From the NCBI GenBank assembly GCA_942492405.1, contig CALOES010000016.1, positions 126,970-190,969 on the forward strand: DNA of 64,000 nt. The letters are read 5' to 3'. This DNA comes from an uncultured Planctomycetaceae bacterium. GTDB taxonomy: Bacteria > Planctomycetota > Planctomycetia > Planctomycetales > Planctomycetaceae. The notes under the pieces were generated by a model, which made no database searches, had not been told where the DNA came from, and saw only the letters and a list, made by a program, of their open reading frames with translations. The position numbers and the translations under genes are program-made. Position 1 is the stretch's first letter. The number at the start of each line of letters is the position of its first letter. Below, piece by piece: positions 46,425 through 56,330 of the stretch.

Positions 46425-49037
46425 ATGCGACGTGCTCACGCCTGTTTTGTTGCGGTTCTCGCCGCGCTGTTCCTTGGAGGTTCCTTTGCTCAAGCCGACG
46501 ACGAGAACAAGTACCAGGAACTGACGGAAGGAAAGACGAAGATCGAAGGGTTGTGGACACTGTGGCATAAGGATGGAACCGTCCTTGCCGAACTGCGTCC
46601 CAATCAGCTCGATAAGGAATACATCATCATCGCCTCGATCGCCCGGGGCGTTAGTCACGGAGACGTAATCGGCGGGATGAGTTGGAACTTCGGCGACGAC
46701 GCCATCTGGACATTCCGCAAGGAAGGGGATCGCATCTTCGTGATCCGACGCAACATGCGGTTTCGTGCCGATCGCAACAGCCCGGAAGCTGCCGCCGTCG
46801 AACTGGCCTACACCGACAGCATTCTCTACTCGCTGAAGATCGAGGCGACCTCGCCTTCAGGCAACTATCTGTTGAACCTGACACCCATCTTCATGAGTGA
46901 CGACCAGCAGATCGGACAGGCACTCGGACCGAGATTCCGCTTTATGTCCGATCGCTCGACTTGGGCATCGGTCAAGGCCTTTGACCGCAATGTGGAACTC
47001 GAAGTCGCAGCCGTCTATTCCGGCGACACCTCCATTGAGACCGTCGTCGATACTCGCGGCGTGCAAGTGACCGTGCATTACAGCATCAGCCAGTTGCCGG
47101 CTGTCGGCGCGAACGGTTACACGCCGCGAATGGCCGACGATCGCGTGGGCTACTTCCTCACGGTGCTCAAGGATTTTTCGGATCGAGACGATCCCGAACA
47201 CTTCGTGCGATACATCAACCGTTGGAATCTTCAACCGCTGAACGCCGATCTCGAGCTGTCTCCTCCCAAGGAGCCGATCATCTTTATCATCGAGAAGACG
47301 ACGCCGGTATTTTTGCGGCCGACGGTCGAGGCGGCCATCCTGGAATGGAACCGCGCGTTCGAGGAGTGCGGCCTCAGCGGAGCCGTTCAGGTGATGCACG
47401 AAGAAGTGGCCGAAGCCCGCTTCAACGTCGACATCCAGCCTGAAGACGTGAACTACAACTTCTTTCGCTGGATCACCGCCGAGGCCGGCTTCGCGATGGG
47501 GCCATCCCGTGTCGACCCGCGAACAGGCCAGATCCTCGATGCCGACATCATCTTCGATGCAGGTTTCCTCGACTCCTGGAAACGTTCGTACGAGACGCTG
47601 ACTGAAGAAGAGGCGATGTTCCTGATCCCAAACTGGTCACCGACGGAATCGACTGCGAACAATCCATTAGGTCTCCCCTGTTGTGCTTCGTGCTGCTACA
47701 GCAATCAGATGCAGCAGCAGATGGGATTCGCGGCCGCCGCGATGATGGGGGCCGGCACGATTTCGGCCGACGGCGATCTGCCGCTCGATTTCGTGCATCA
47801 GGGACTTAAGGAAGTGGTGATGCACGAAGTAGGCCATACGCTGGGACTGCGACACAACTTCCGCGCCAGCGGATGGAAAACCATGGAAGAGATCAACAAC
47901 CTCGAACTGGGGCGCGAAGAGGGAACCATCGCCAGCGTGATGGATTACGCTCCAGCCAATATCTCTCCCCCAGGCACGACTCAGGGATTGTATTACTCGC
48001 AGACGCTCGGCCCCTACGACTTCTGGGCCATCGAGTACGGCTACAAACCGTTCAAATCGAATGAAGCGACCGAGTTGGCCACCATCGCCGGGCGTTCTCA
48101 CGAGCCCGGGCTCGACTATTCGACGGATGAAGACACCGAGACATACGATCCCGATCCCATGAGCAATCGCTTTGACAACGGAGCCGACTCGCTGACATGG
48201 GTGCAAATGCGCGTCGACCATGTCAATCAATTGATTCCCAACGTGATCGACTCGACGACTTCCGACGGTGAAGGGTATCAGCAGGCTCGGCAGGCGTTCG
48301 GGGTGCTCTTCAACGAATACTGGCGCGCTCTCGGATTCGCGGCTCGCTTCCCCGGTGGAATTCACGTGCATCGCGATCACCGTGGTGAAGGGGCACGGCC
48401 TCCGTTTGAAGTCGTCGACCCCGCGACTCAGCGAGAAGCGATGATGCTGGTCACGAATGCCGGCTTCGCTTCACCCGACTTCGACGGCCCGATGTTCCAG
48501 TATCTGGCCTCCTCCCGCTGGAGCCATTGGGGAACAAGTGAATCGAGTCGCGTCGAGTATCCCGTTCACGAAACGGTGTTGCGCGTGCAACTGCAACTGT
48601 TGCAGCAAGTGCTGAGAGGTCGCACGCTCGAAAGGATTCTCGACAACGAGTTCACCACACCGGCCGATCAGGATGCCTACACGCTCGCCGAGCATCTCGA
48701 TGCGATCGTCGACGGCATCTTTTCCGAGTGGCTGAACGACCCGGAAGCGGGGGCGGAGTATTCCAATCGCACTCCCTTCATTGATAGTTTCCGTCGCAAT
48801 TTGCAGCGAGAGACCATCAAGCAACTGGCGGCATTGGTCACCTCGGGACTGGGGACGCCGGAAGATGCGCGAACTCTCGCACGCATACAGTTGTCTCGCC
48901 TGCAGCGGCAGGCGACGACGTTGCTGCGAAACCCCGAATTGCAACTGGATGACTACAGTCGAGCCCATCTGCTGGATTCACAAGAACGGATCCTGCAGGT
49001 ACTCAATGCCGAACTGGCGTTGCCGAGTGTCAACTAG
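46425..49037 (+). CDS. Secreted zinc-dependent metalloprotease (DUF5117/DUF4953-type, HEVGHTLGLRHN active site)
   Basis: 870 aa. Signal MRRAHACFVAVLAALFLGGSFAQA. VVMHEVGHTLGLRHNFRAS (HExxHxxGxxH, metzincin-type). Size and domain order are typical of this family. Confidence 0.8.
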   Translation: MRRAHACFVAVLAALFLGGSFAQADDENKYQELTEGKTKIEGLWTLWHKDGTVLAELRPNQLDKEYIIIASIARGVSHGDVIGGMSWNFGDDAIWTFRKEGDRIFVIRRNMRFRADRNSPEAAAVELAYTDSILYSLKIEATSPSGNYLLNLTPIFMSDDQQIGQALGPRFRFMSDRSTWASVKAFDRNVELEVAAVYSGDTSIETVVDTRGVQVTVHYSISQLPAVGANGYTPRMADDRVGYFLTVLKDFSDRDDPEHFVRYINRWNLQPLNADLELSPPKEPIIFIIEKTTPVFLRPTVEAAILEWNRAFEECGLSGAVQVMHEEVAEARFNVDIQPEDVNYNFFRWITAEAGFAMGPSRVDPRTGQILDADIIFDAGFLDSWKRSYETLTEEEAMFLIPNWSPTESTANNPLGLPCCASCCYSNQMQQQMGFAAAAMMGAGTISADGDLPLDFVHQGLKEVVMHEVGHTLGLRHNFRASGWKTMEEINNLELGREEGTIASVMDYAPANISPPGTTQGLYYSQTLGPYDFWAIEYGYKPFKSNEATELATIAGRSHEPGLDYSTDEDTETYDPDPMSNRFDNGADSLTWVQMRVDHVNQLIPNVIDSTTSDGEGYQQARQAFGVLFNEYWRALGFAARFPGGIHVHRDHRGEGARPPFEVVDPATQREAMMLVTNAGFASPDFDGPMFQYLASSRWSHWGTSESSRVEYPVHETVLRVQLQLLQQVLRGRTLERILDNEFTTPADQDAYTLAEHLDAIVDGIFSEWLNDPEAGAEYSNRTPFIDSFRRNLQRETIKQLAALVTSGLGTPEDARTLARIQLSRLQRQATTLLRNPELQLDDYSRAHLLDSQERILQVLNAELALPSVN

Positions 49038-49058
49038 CTCCATAGGCCACCGAACTTC

Positions 49059-50279
49059 GTGAGAGGGCTCGACGTGAGATGGTTCAAGCGGCTGGTGGGA
49101 CTTGGCCTGCTGGCCGGGATCATCGTGTTGATCTATCTGGGATTACAGCCTCAGCCTGTGACGGTCGATATCGTGCAGGTGGGGCTGGGGCCGCTGCAGG
49201 TGACAATCAACGACGATGGCCAGACGCGCATTCGCGAAAAGTTCGTGATCTCCGCACCCCTGGCAGGACAACTCTTGCGGATCGACCTCGACGTCGGCGA
49301 CGAGGTGGTCTCCGGCGAAACCGTCATTGCCCGAATGGAGCCGACTGACCCTTCGTTGCTCGATCCGCGGGCCGTGGCGCAGGCGGAACTACGGGTCGAG
49401 GCGGCCGCACGCCGCGTCGCACAGGCGCAAGCCAATCTCAATCAGGCTGTGATTGCCCTCGACTATGCAGAAGATGAAAAGGAACGGTACGCGCGGCTGG
49501 CGGCGGAAGGGGGTTCCACCGATGTCCGCCGCGCGGAAACGGAGTTGCTGTTCCATTCCCGGACGGAGGAACGTCGTGCCGCTCAGTCGGCGCTCGAGAT
49601 CGCCCAATTCGAACACGAGCTGGAACAGGCTGCATTGTTGCGGACACAATCGACCGACGGCGGGGACGGCAACCCCCAGGATTTCGTGATCCATGCACCG
49701 ATCTCGGGGCGAGTGCTGCGGCTGATGCAGGAGAGTACCGCCGTCGTGCTGGCGGGGGCACCCATCATCGAAATTGGCGACCCGAGGGAACTGGAGGTCG
49801 TGGTCGACGTTCTGTCGAGCGACGCGGTCGGCATCCCTTCCCTTGCCGATGTGCGCATCGAGCAATGGGGGGGCGACGAGGCGTTGGGAGGGCGTGTACG
49901 GCTGGTCGAGCCGGCAGGCTTCACGAAGTTTTCCGCATTGGGAGTCGAGGAGCAGCGAGTGAACGTCATTATCGACTTCACCACGCCCATCAGCGAGCGG
50001 TGGAATGTCGGCGACGGGTATCGTGTCGAGGCCGCGATCGTCGTCTGGGAGAACGACGAGTGTCTCAAAGTTCCTTCCAGCGCTCTGTTTCGCAACGGAG
50101 AAGCTTGGGTCGTGTTCGTCGTCGAGGAGGGCGTCGCCCGGACTCGCGAAGTAAAGGTGGGCCAGACGAACGGGTTGGAATCGCAGATCACCGGGGGGCT
50201 TGAGGCAGGAGAGACCGTGATCATCCATCCGAGCGATCAGGTGGCGGACGGCAGCCAGATCGTCGTGCGTGGCGAGTGA
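49059..50279 (+). CDS. HlyD-family membrane-fusion (periplasmic adaptor) protein
   Basis: N-terminal TM LVGLGLLAGIIVLIYLGL. Lipoyl-like hairpin (VISAPLAGQLLRIDLDVGDEVVSGETV). Long coiled-coil. Second half-hairpin FVIHAPISGRVLRL. Beta-barrel/MP domains. No cognate transporter gene adjacent. Confidence 0.8.
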   Translation: MRGLDVRWFKRLVGLGLLAGIIVLIYLGLQPQPVTVDIVQVGLGPLQVTINDDGQTRIREKFVISAPLAGQLLRIDLDVGDEVVSGETVIARMEPTDPSLLDPRAVAQAELRVEAAARRVAQAQANLNQAVIALDYAEDEKERYARLAAEGGSTDVRRAETELLFHSRTEERRAAQSALEIAQFEHELEQAALLRTQSTDGGDGNPQDFVIHAPISGRVLRLMQESTAVVLAGAPIIEIGDPRELEVVVDVLSSDAVGIPSLADVRIEQWGGDEALGGRVRLVEPAGFTKFSALGVEEQRVNVIIDFTTPISERWNVGDGYRVEAAIVVWENDECLKVPSSALFRNGEAWVVFVVEEGVARTREVKVGQTNGLESQITGGLEAGETVIIHPSDQVADGSQIVVRGE

Positions 50280-50455
50280 CCGCGGGTTTCACGACCGAGC
50301 GCACTGATCGTGTTCATACGATCATCAGTCCCAGCGGCGATGCAGATTCAGTTTGCTGCATCCTCAAGTGGCTGGTATAGTCTATCCTTCGCACTCATCT
50401 CTCTCGCCGGTCTTGGCGAGATGCGATTTCGACCCGTCAATGGAGGGAGTGTTTC

Positions 50456-50629
50456 ATGGAAGAACGTCAGCTTGAACTCGTCGTGGGAGAGTCGTTCGAA
50501 ATCGCGGGCATCGTGGTCACTCTCTTGGAAATCGAGGGGGACGAGATTCATCTGAGGTTCGACGCCGACGACGGACTTCCGCTTGCCGACGATGAAATCC
50601 ATGCCGCGGAACGTGCCGCACAACGCTAA
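50456..50629 (+). CDS. Small ORF (57 aa) with a CsrA-like sequence pattern
   Basis: Not in the ORF track (under 60 aa). GGAGGG Shine-Dalgarno 7 nt upstream. [40 protein letters not shown]... parallels CsrA [37 protein letters not shown] but lacks the GVNAP/R44 RNA-binding residues. Confidence 0.3.
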   Translation: MEERQLELVVGESFEIAGIVVTLLEIEGDEIHLRFDADDGLPLADDEIHAAERAAQR

Positions 50630-50655
50630 GTCGCCATTCATCGTCCACCGCCATC

Positions 50656-51666
50656 GTGCAGACTTTCTCGACTCTGGTCACCGGCGGTGGTGGATTTCTT
50701 GGACGCTACATCGTCGAGCAACTCCAGGACGCAGGGCATCGGGTGCGTGTGCTGGCTCGCGGTGACTATCCGGAACTGAACGCGCGAGGCACTGAAGTTC
50801 TCCAAGGCGATGTTCGAAATCCCTCGGACGTGAAGCGAGCCACCGCCGGCATCGACACCGTGTTTCACGTCGCCTCCGTCCCGGGAATCTGGGGTTCCTG
50901 GAAGCACTTTTATTCCATCAACGTCGTTGGGACCGAGAACGTGTTGTCGGCCTCCACCCGGGCGGGCGTCCGCAGGTTCATTTACACCAGCAGCCCGAGC
51001 GTCGTGTACGACGGCCGTCCTCACGAGAACGCCGACGAGTCACTCCCCTACCCTGCCCGCTATCTCTGCCACTATCCGCATTCGAAGGCGATTGCGGAAC
51101 GACTGGTGCTCGAGGCACATGGGATGGGTGGCATGGCCACCGTCTCGCTGAGGCCCCATCTCATCTGGGGACCTCGCGACAACCATCTAGTCCCACGGCT
51201 CATCGCGCGCGCCAGGAGCGGCAAGCTGAGGCAAGTTGGCGACGGCGGCAATCTCATATCGATGAGCTATGTCGAAAATGCAGCCGCCGCGCATCTACAG
51301 GCGGCAGCGACACTCGCCGTCGACGCCCCGCACGGCGGGAAAGCGTATTTCATCAACGAGCCGGAGCCGGTCAAACTTTGGGACTGGGTGGACGATCTGC
51401 TGGCCTTGGTGGAATTGCCGCCGCTGAAGAAACGCGTCTCATACTCCATCGCCTACTCGGCCGGTGCACTTCTCGAAGCGACATACCGCCTGCTGAGAAA
51501 AGAGAGCGAACCAGTCATGACGCGTTTCCTTGCCGCACAACTCAGCCAGTCGCACTACTACAACATCGCCGCCGCTCAACGCGATTTGGGATATCAACCC
51601 TTGGTCAACGTCGATAACGGAATGGATCGGCTGCGCAATTGGCTGCGATCAAGAGCTGCTGACTAA
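50656..51666 (+). CDS. NAD(P)-dependent 3-beta-hydroxysteroid dehydrogenase/epimerase-family protein
   Basis: [13 protein letters not shown] (Rossmann GxxGxxG). ...YPHSKAIAE (YxxxK catalytic pair). 336 aa. Confidence 0.85.
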   Translation: MQTFSTLVTGGGGFLGRYIVEQLQDAGHRVRVLARGDYPELNARGTEVLQGDVRNPSDVKRATAGIDTVFHVASVPGIWGSWKHFYSINVVGTENVLSASTRAGVRRFIYTSSPSVVYDGRPHENADESLPYPARYLCHYPHSKAIAERLVLEAHGMGGMATVSLRPHLIWGPRDNHLVPRLIARARSGKLRQVGDGGNLISMSYVENAAAAHLQAAATLAVDAPHGGKAYFINEPEPVKLWDWVDDLLALVELPPLKKRVSYSIAYSAGALLEATYRLLRKESEPVMTRFLAAQLSQSHYYNIAAAQRDLGYQPLVNVDNGMDRLRNWLRSRAAD

Positions 51667-51672
51667 GCGTGG

Positions 51673-52191
51673 TCATTCCGTCAGTTCGTCGCCTGTCGGG
51701 ACTTCGGCGGGCATCGGCTGTCCGCGCAGCAGGGCGATGCGGCCGCTGCGGACCATCTCCAGCACGCCGAAGGGACGCACCAGATCGATGAACGATTCGA
51801 TCTTCGACTCGGTGCCGGAGATCTCGATCATCACATGGCTGGGGCTGACGTCAACGATCTTGCCGCGAAAGATCTCGGCGAGCTCCTTGAGCTGACTGCG
51901 CTGACCATTCTCGGATTTGACCTTAATCAGCATGAGGTCGCGTTCGACGAATTCCTCGCCGGAGTAGTCGAGCACCCGCACCACGGTGACCAGCTTCTCG
52001 AGCTGCTTGCGGACCTGCTGCAGCATCTTGCCGTCGCCACTGACGACGAACGTCATCCGTGATAATTCGGGATTCTCGGTCTCACCGACCGCCAGACTGT
52101 CGATGTTGTATGCGCGCGATGCCAGCATGCCGGCGATCTGCTGCAGCACGCCGGGCCGGTTCATTACCAGTGCCGAAAGAATATGCCTCAT
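51673..52191 (-). CDS. ilvH: Acetolactate synthase small (regulatory) subunit
   Basis: Start at MRHILSALVMNRPGVLQQIAGMLASRAYNIDSLAVGETENPELSRMTFVV (ACT domain), plus C-terminal AlsS_C-like domain. 172 aa. No ilvB adjacent. Confidence 0.85.
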   Translation of the reverse strand: MRHILSALVMNRPGVLQQIAGMLASRAYNIDSLAVGETENPELSRMTFVVSGDGKMLQQVRKQLEKLVTVVRVLDYSGEEFVERDLMLIKVKSENGQRSQLKELAEIFRGKIVDVSPSHVMIEISGTESKIESFIDLVRPFGVLEMVRSGRIALLRGQPMPAEVPTGDELTE

Positions 52192-52500
52192 CGAATCGAT
52201 TGCCTCTGAAAACTCAGCCTCGTGGCGGCGACCGGGTTCGAGCATTCGCGCCGCGGGTGCAGTGTATGCGTGCCATTAGCCATCAACAAGTCGTCGCCCA
52301 GCCGACCATCGAGACGCAACATTCGCACAACACGTCAGCACGACGCAGTTTCCCAGACCTGAAACATCCGCATGAAGGAAAGGGGACGATTCACTGGAAT
52401 TCTCTGCGGGAAAACGCCGCCCTAATGAGTTCAAATCGAATTGCGGGGGGACCACGATCGACCGTGCAGCCGATGCAAAGCAGGATGGAAACGATCCGCG

Positions 52501-53484
52501 ATGCGAAACCCATCGCATATTCCGCATGGAAAGCAAGGCCGGTATCCCGTGAACAACTCACCAATTCACCATTGTCCGAACGATCGCACCCTGTTGCACG
52601 TCGTTCGGTTCCCCATCGCAGCGGCTTTGGTCGCGGTTTTCTGCGGATGCCATTACTGCCCGCATAACAGGTACACGCCTTGTACAGGCTATGGGTACGC
52701 GTTCGGCGGCCTTGGGCGGCCTTACGCCTGCAATCCCGGTGGCCGTCGTGAGTCTCGCTACTACGGGGGGGGGCATTACGATCAGTATGGATGCCTTGCG
52801 AACGAGGGATGCAGCGATTGCGACGCACTCAGCTACTATCCTCAGCCGCAACCCGTGATCGAGACACCCGAACTGGAAGTTCCGGTTGAACCGCCGGTCG
52901 AAGCTCCTGTTGCGGTGCCAAGCGAAACTCAGCAGGCCGAAACGTCTCCACTGACGCCCTTCGTTCCAACGGAAAACTTCCCGCCACCTCCATCCGCGTC
53001 GATCGAGCCGCCGGAGTCCAATTCACCTTCGAGTGTAATTCTGTCGCCGGAAGACGCACACACTCCCACTCCGTTGTTCGAGGGACGAGTGAACGTCGAG
53101 GAGTTCGAGCCGACCCCGGCCGAAGACTTGACCTTGCCGGAGGCACCAACGCCCAGTGCCTCTCCCGCGCTGCCACTGCTTCTGAAGCCCGAGGAGGAAG
53201 AGTTGGAAGTCGAGGAAGAGTCTGCCTCCTTGTTCCCGTTAAGATTCCCGCCACGATTGTTCCGACTGCGTCGAGACGCGGAGGAAGTTGAGATTCCCGT
53301 TCCTCCCATTGCCGAGGCAGCGACTGCTCAAGGCGCGCGAGTCATTGGAGGACACTCTCACACGGTGCCGTTACGTGCCGCGAGACCGACATCGGGGCCC
53401 AGTCGGGTCACTCCCGCGGCGGCACCTTCCGCCAGCGAACCTTCGGTCGGATCCGGAATGAATCGCTTCGGACACTCGCTGTAA
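52501..53484 (+). CDS. Pro/Glu-rich lipoprotein with N-terminal Cys/His/Tyr/Gly-rich segment (hypothetical)
   Basis: Start at MRNPSHIPHGKQGRY...LLHVVRFPIAAALVAVFCGC (lipobox), then CHYCPHNRYTPCTGYGY...CNPGG...GCSDCDA, then a PE/PV-rich low-complexity repeat region. Confidence 0.5.
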   Translation: MRNPSHIPHGKQGRYPVNNSPIHHCPNDRTLLHVVRFPIAAALVAVFCGCHYCPHNRYTPCTGYGYAFGGLGRPYACNPGGRRESRYYGGGHYDQYGCLANEGCSDCDALSYYPQPQPVIETPELEVPVEPPVEAPVAVPSETQQAETSPLTPFVPTENFPPPPSASIEPPESNSPSSVILSPEDAHTPTPLFEGRVNVEEFEPTPAEDLTLPEAPTPSASPALPLLLKPEEEELEVEEESASLFPLRFPPRLFRLRRDAEEVEIPVPPIAEAATAQGARVIGGHSHTVPLRAARPTSGPSRVTPAAAPSASEPSVGSGMNRFGHSL

Positions 53485-53508
53485 CGATGGGCGCAGACGC
53501 AAGCCAAG

Positions 53509-54486
53509 CTACGAATCGGCACCGAATCGGCAGCCTGCCGTCAGCGAATGCCCACGTAGAAAGTCTGCGTCGGACATGGGCTTTTTACCCGCTGGTTGCA
53601 CACGTGTGACGCGAACCATCCCGTCACCGGTCTTCACATAGAGCGCATCGCGTCGATCGGTGAGTGGTTCGCCCGGCACGACGGCTGTCGCGATCACCGT
53701 TTCGTCGTTGGCGATTTCAGCAGGCTCGACTGCGAGAACCAGCAGTCGAATGGTCGGACGCTCGGGATGATGCAAGAACGTGAACGGTTGCGGCCAAGGC
53801 TGCATCGCCCGCACGTGGCAATCGATTTCAAACGAAGTCCTCGCCCAGTCGACGAGCCCCTGTTCTTTGGCGAGCTTCGGAGCCAGTGTGACTTCGTCAG
53901 CCGTCTGCAATCGCGGTTGAGTCGTCCCTTGCTCGATCTCCTCGATCACGTTTAACAAGGTAAGTGGTGCGGCTTTGGCCAGTCTGGTCTCCAACTCACC
54001 CGCGGTCTCTCGAGCATCGATCTCGACGGCGACCTGGCCTAGCATGGGGCCGGAATCGAGAGCCGGTTCAATCTGAAAAATCGTAACGCCCGTCATGGAC
54101 TCTCCCTGCCAGAGGGCGTAGTTGATCGGTGCGGCTCCTCGATACTTGGGAAGCAGCGAGGCATGCACATTGATAGCTCCGAATCTCGGAAGGCCGAGCA
54201 GCTTGGCCGACAGAATCTGCCCGTAGGCGGCCACGACAAAGAGGTCGGCTCCGAACAGCTTAAGACGTTCAAGTGACTCGGCCCGACTGGCTCGTTCAGG
54301 CTGGAAGACCGGCAGACCGCGTTCTTCCGCGAGCACTTTCATCGGATTGACGTGATGATGATGGCCGCGCCCTACGCGATCGGGCTGCGTGACCAACCCC
54401 ATCACCTCGTGCGGCGAATCGAGCAGCGCGCGAAACGACGGCAAGGCAAATTCGCCCGTCCCAAACATGAGTAACTTCAGCGTCAC
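53509..54486 (-). CDS. fmt: Methionyl-tRNA formyltransferase
   Basis: GTG start preceded by GAGGAGGA. VTLKLLMFGTGEFALPSFRALL...; central ...GAINVHASLLPKYRGAAPINYALWQGE (formyltransferase SLLP motif). C-terminal Fmt_C domain. Confidence 0.9.
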   Translation of the reverse strand: MTLKLLMFGTGEFALPSFRALLDSPHEVMGLVTQPDRVGRGHHHHVNPMKVLAEERGLPVFQPERASRAESLERLKLFGADLFVVAAYGQILSAKLLGLPRFGAINVHASLLPKYRGAAPINYALWQGESMTGVTIFQIEPALDSGPMLGQVAVEIDARETAGELETRLAKAAPLTLLNVIEEIEQGTTQPRLQTADEVTLAPKLAKEQGLVDWARTSFEIDCHVRAMQPWPQPFTFLHHPERPTIRLLVLAVEPAEIANDETVIATAVVPGEPLTDRRDALYVKTGDGMVRVTRVQPAGKKPMSDADFLRGHSLTAGCRFGADS

Positions 54487-54615
54487 CGCGTCCTCCTCAT
54501 GGAAACATCTCCAGTCCAGCAGGGAATGTCGTGGTTTTGTCGTCGTCAATCAACGACAGTCCCCGTGGAAACCAAATCCGTTATCATGGCGGTTTGTACC
54601 CACACAGGAACGATC

Positions 54616-55011
54616 ATGCTGACGGACGACACGCGGAGGCAATTGATCCAATCGGCCCTCCATGTCAGGCAGATGGCGTATGCGCCCTATTCACAGTTCC
54701 AGGTCGGGGCAGCGCTACTGGGATGCTCGGGCAAGCTGTTTACCGGCGTTAACGTCGAGAATGCGTCCTATGGGCTGACGGTTTGCGCCGAACGCACGGC
54801 GGTCTTCAACGCCCTGTCCTGGGGTGAGCGAGACTTCGCCGCCATCGCGATCGCGACACCGGGCGGAGCCACCCCCTGCGGAGCGTGCCGACAAGTGCTG
54901 GCCGAGTTTGCCGAAGAACTCGAGGTGCTGATTGTTGATGCCGATCATGTGGACACGGTGATCGAGACGAGTTTGAAGGAACTCCTCCCCCAACAGTTTC
55001 GGCTGTCATGA
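54616..55011 (+). CDS. cdd: Cytidine deaminase (homotetrameric type)
   Basis: Start at MLTDDTRRQLIQSALHVRQMAYAPYSQFQVGAAL. CAERTAVFNA (C/HAE) and PCGACRQVL (PCxxC) zinc ligands. 131 aa. Confidence 0.85.
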   Translation: MLTDDTRRQLIQSALHVRQMAYAPYSQFQVGAALLGCSGKLFTGVNVENASYGLTVCAERTAVFNALSWGERDFAAIAIATPGGATPCGACRQVLAEFAEELEVLIVDADHVDTVIETSLKELLPQQFRLS

Positions 55012-55892
55012 CCAGCGAACAGATTGACCAGTTGCAACAGTCGATCGAAACCGCCTGCCGATGGGAGGCCAGTGCCCCGAAGCCCGGAAACGTTCATCCA
55101 GGCGCGGCCTTCGATGACCTGACGTACGACGACTTTATTCACGCGGCGCAGGTCGCCGCGCCACACCTGGCGCGATCGGCTGAACTGGGAGTCGGCCCCG
55201 CGGTGCTGGAGGCTGTCCGCGCGACGCGCGCGCACTGCGGCTCCAATGTCAACCTGGGGATTTGTCTGCTCATCGCTCCGCTGGCAGCCGTGCCGATGGA
55301 GGTGCGCTTGAACGAAGGGATCGCCTTGGTCCTGGCAGGCATGACGGACAACGATGCCCGGTGCGTCTACAAAGCCATTCAGATTGCCAACCCGGGCGGC
55401 TTGGGACGTGTCTCGGAACAGGATGTTTCCCAGCCGCCGACATGCGGATTGATGGAGGCGATGCAACTGGCCGAGGATCGCGACCGCATTGCCTGGAACT
55501 ATGGGCATGCGTTTGAGGATGTCTTGGTGACCGTTCCTGCACCACTGAAACAATGGCGGGGCAACCCCAAACGAAACGAATTGATCGTCGGACTTCAACT
55601 TGAGCTACTGGCCAGAGTCCCTGATTCACTGATAGCGCGAAAGTGCGGCCTGGAAACGGCATACGAGGCGAGTCGTCGAGCGCGGGAAATCCTCGAAGCA
55701 GATTGGCCAGCTTCACCGAAGTCGATCCGACAAATTCAGGAATTCGACCGCTGGCTGCGCGCTGACGGCAATCACCGGAATCCGGGAACGACCGCTGATC
55801 TTCTCGCAGCTTCGTTGTTCGCCATCCTGCGCGAGAATCAGCCGTTGGCGCAATACCTGCAGGCGGCAGAAGACGAGCCATCGGCGACGTAA
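55008..55892 (+). CDS. Triphosphoribosyl-dephospho-CoA synthase (CitG/MdcB) family protein
   Basis: ATGA overlap with cdd. KPGNVHPGAAFDDLTYDDF...GSNVNLGICLL... matches the CitG-family KPGLVD...TNLG pattern. 294 aa. Confidence 0.7.
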   Translation: MTSEQIDQLQQSIETACRWEASAPKPGNVHPGAAFDDLTYDDFIHAAQVAAPHLARSAELGVGPAVLEAVRATRAHCGSNVNLGICLLIAPLAAVPMEVRLNEGIALVLAGMTDNDARCVYKAIQIANPGGLGRVSEQDVSQPPTCGLMEAMQLAEDRDRIAWNYGHAFEDVLVTVPAPLKQWRGNPKRNELIVGLQLELLARVPDSLIARKCGLETAYEASRRAREILEADWPASPKSIRQIQEFDRWLRADGNHRNPGTTADLLAASLFAILRENQPLAQYLQAAEDEPSAT

Positions 55893-55916
55893 CGCATCAA
55901 CATTTCGCACCGACGC

Positions 55917-56240
55917 TTACCAGCCGCGAGACATATTGGTCTCGATCACACGGCGGGCCTCGTTCAGGTCGGAACCCGTGTCGAGGCAGTACAGTCGGAT
56001 GGCGTGCAGTTTGTCGCCTGCCGCCCGGGACAGACAGTCGCGGGCGATTTCGCACGGCTCGTTATGCGAATTGAGTCCCAAGAACGCCTTGGAGATGACC
56101 CAAGTGTCGCGGGGCCGCTTGCTGACACGGATGATTTCGTCGGTGGGGTACTCGGTGCGAGCCACCTCTTCCGCCTGTTCCGGCGCTTCGGCCCAGGCGA
56201 TGACGATATGTGCTGTCGTTTCAATCTCAAACAATGGCAT
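55917..56240 (-). CDS. Hypothetical small protein
   Basis: Start at MPLFEIETTAHIVIAWAEAPEQAEE... About 107 aa. No motif. Confidence 0.4.
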   Translation of the reverse strand: MPLFEIETTAHIVIAWAEAPEQAEEVARTEYPTDEIIRVSKRPRDTWVISKAFLGLNSHNEPCEIARDCLSRAAGDKLHAIRLYCLDTGSDLNEARRVIETNMSRGW

Positions 56241-56330
56241 GCCTGGACTCCCTGTCGCTAATAAAGAAACTCTCCGATGCGGCCCCATCGACCGTGGAAG
56301 CTATCGTGGAGAAACTCAGATTGAAAGAGA

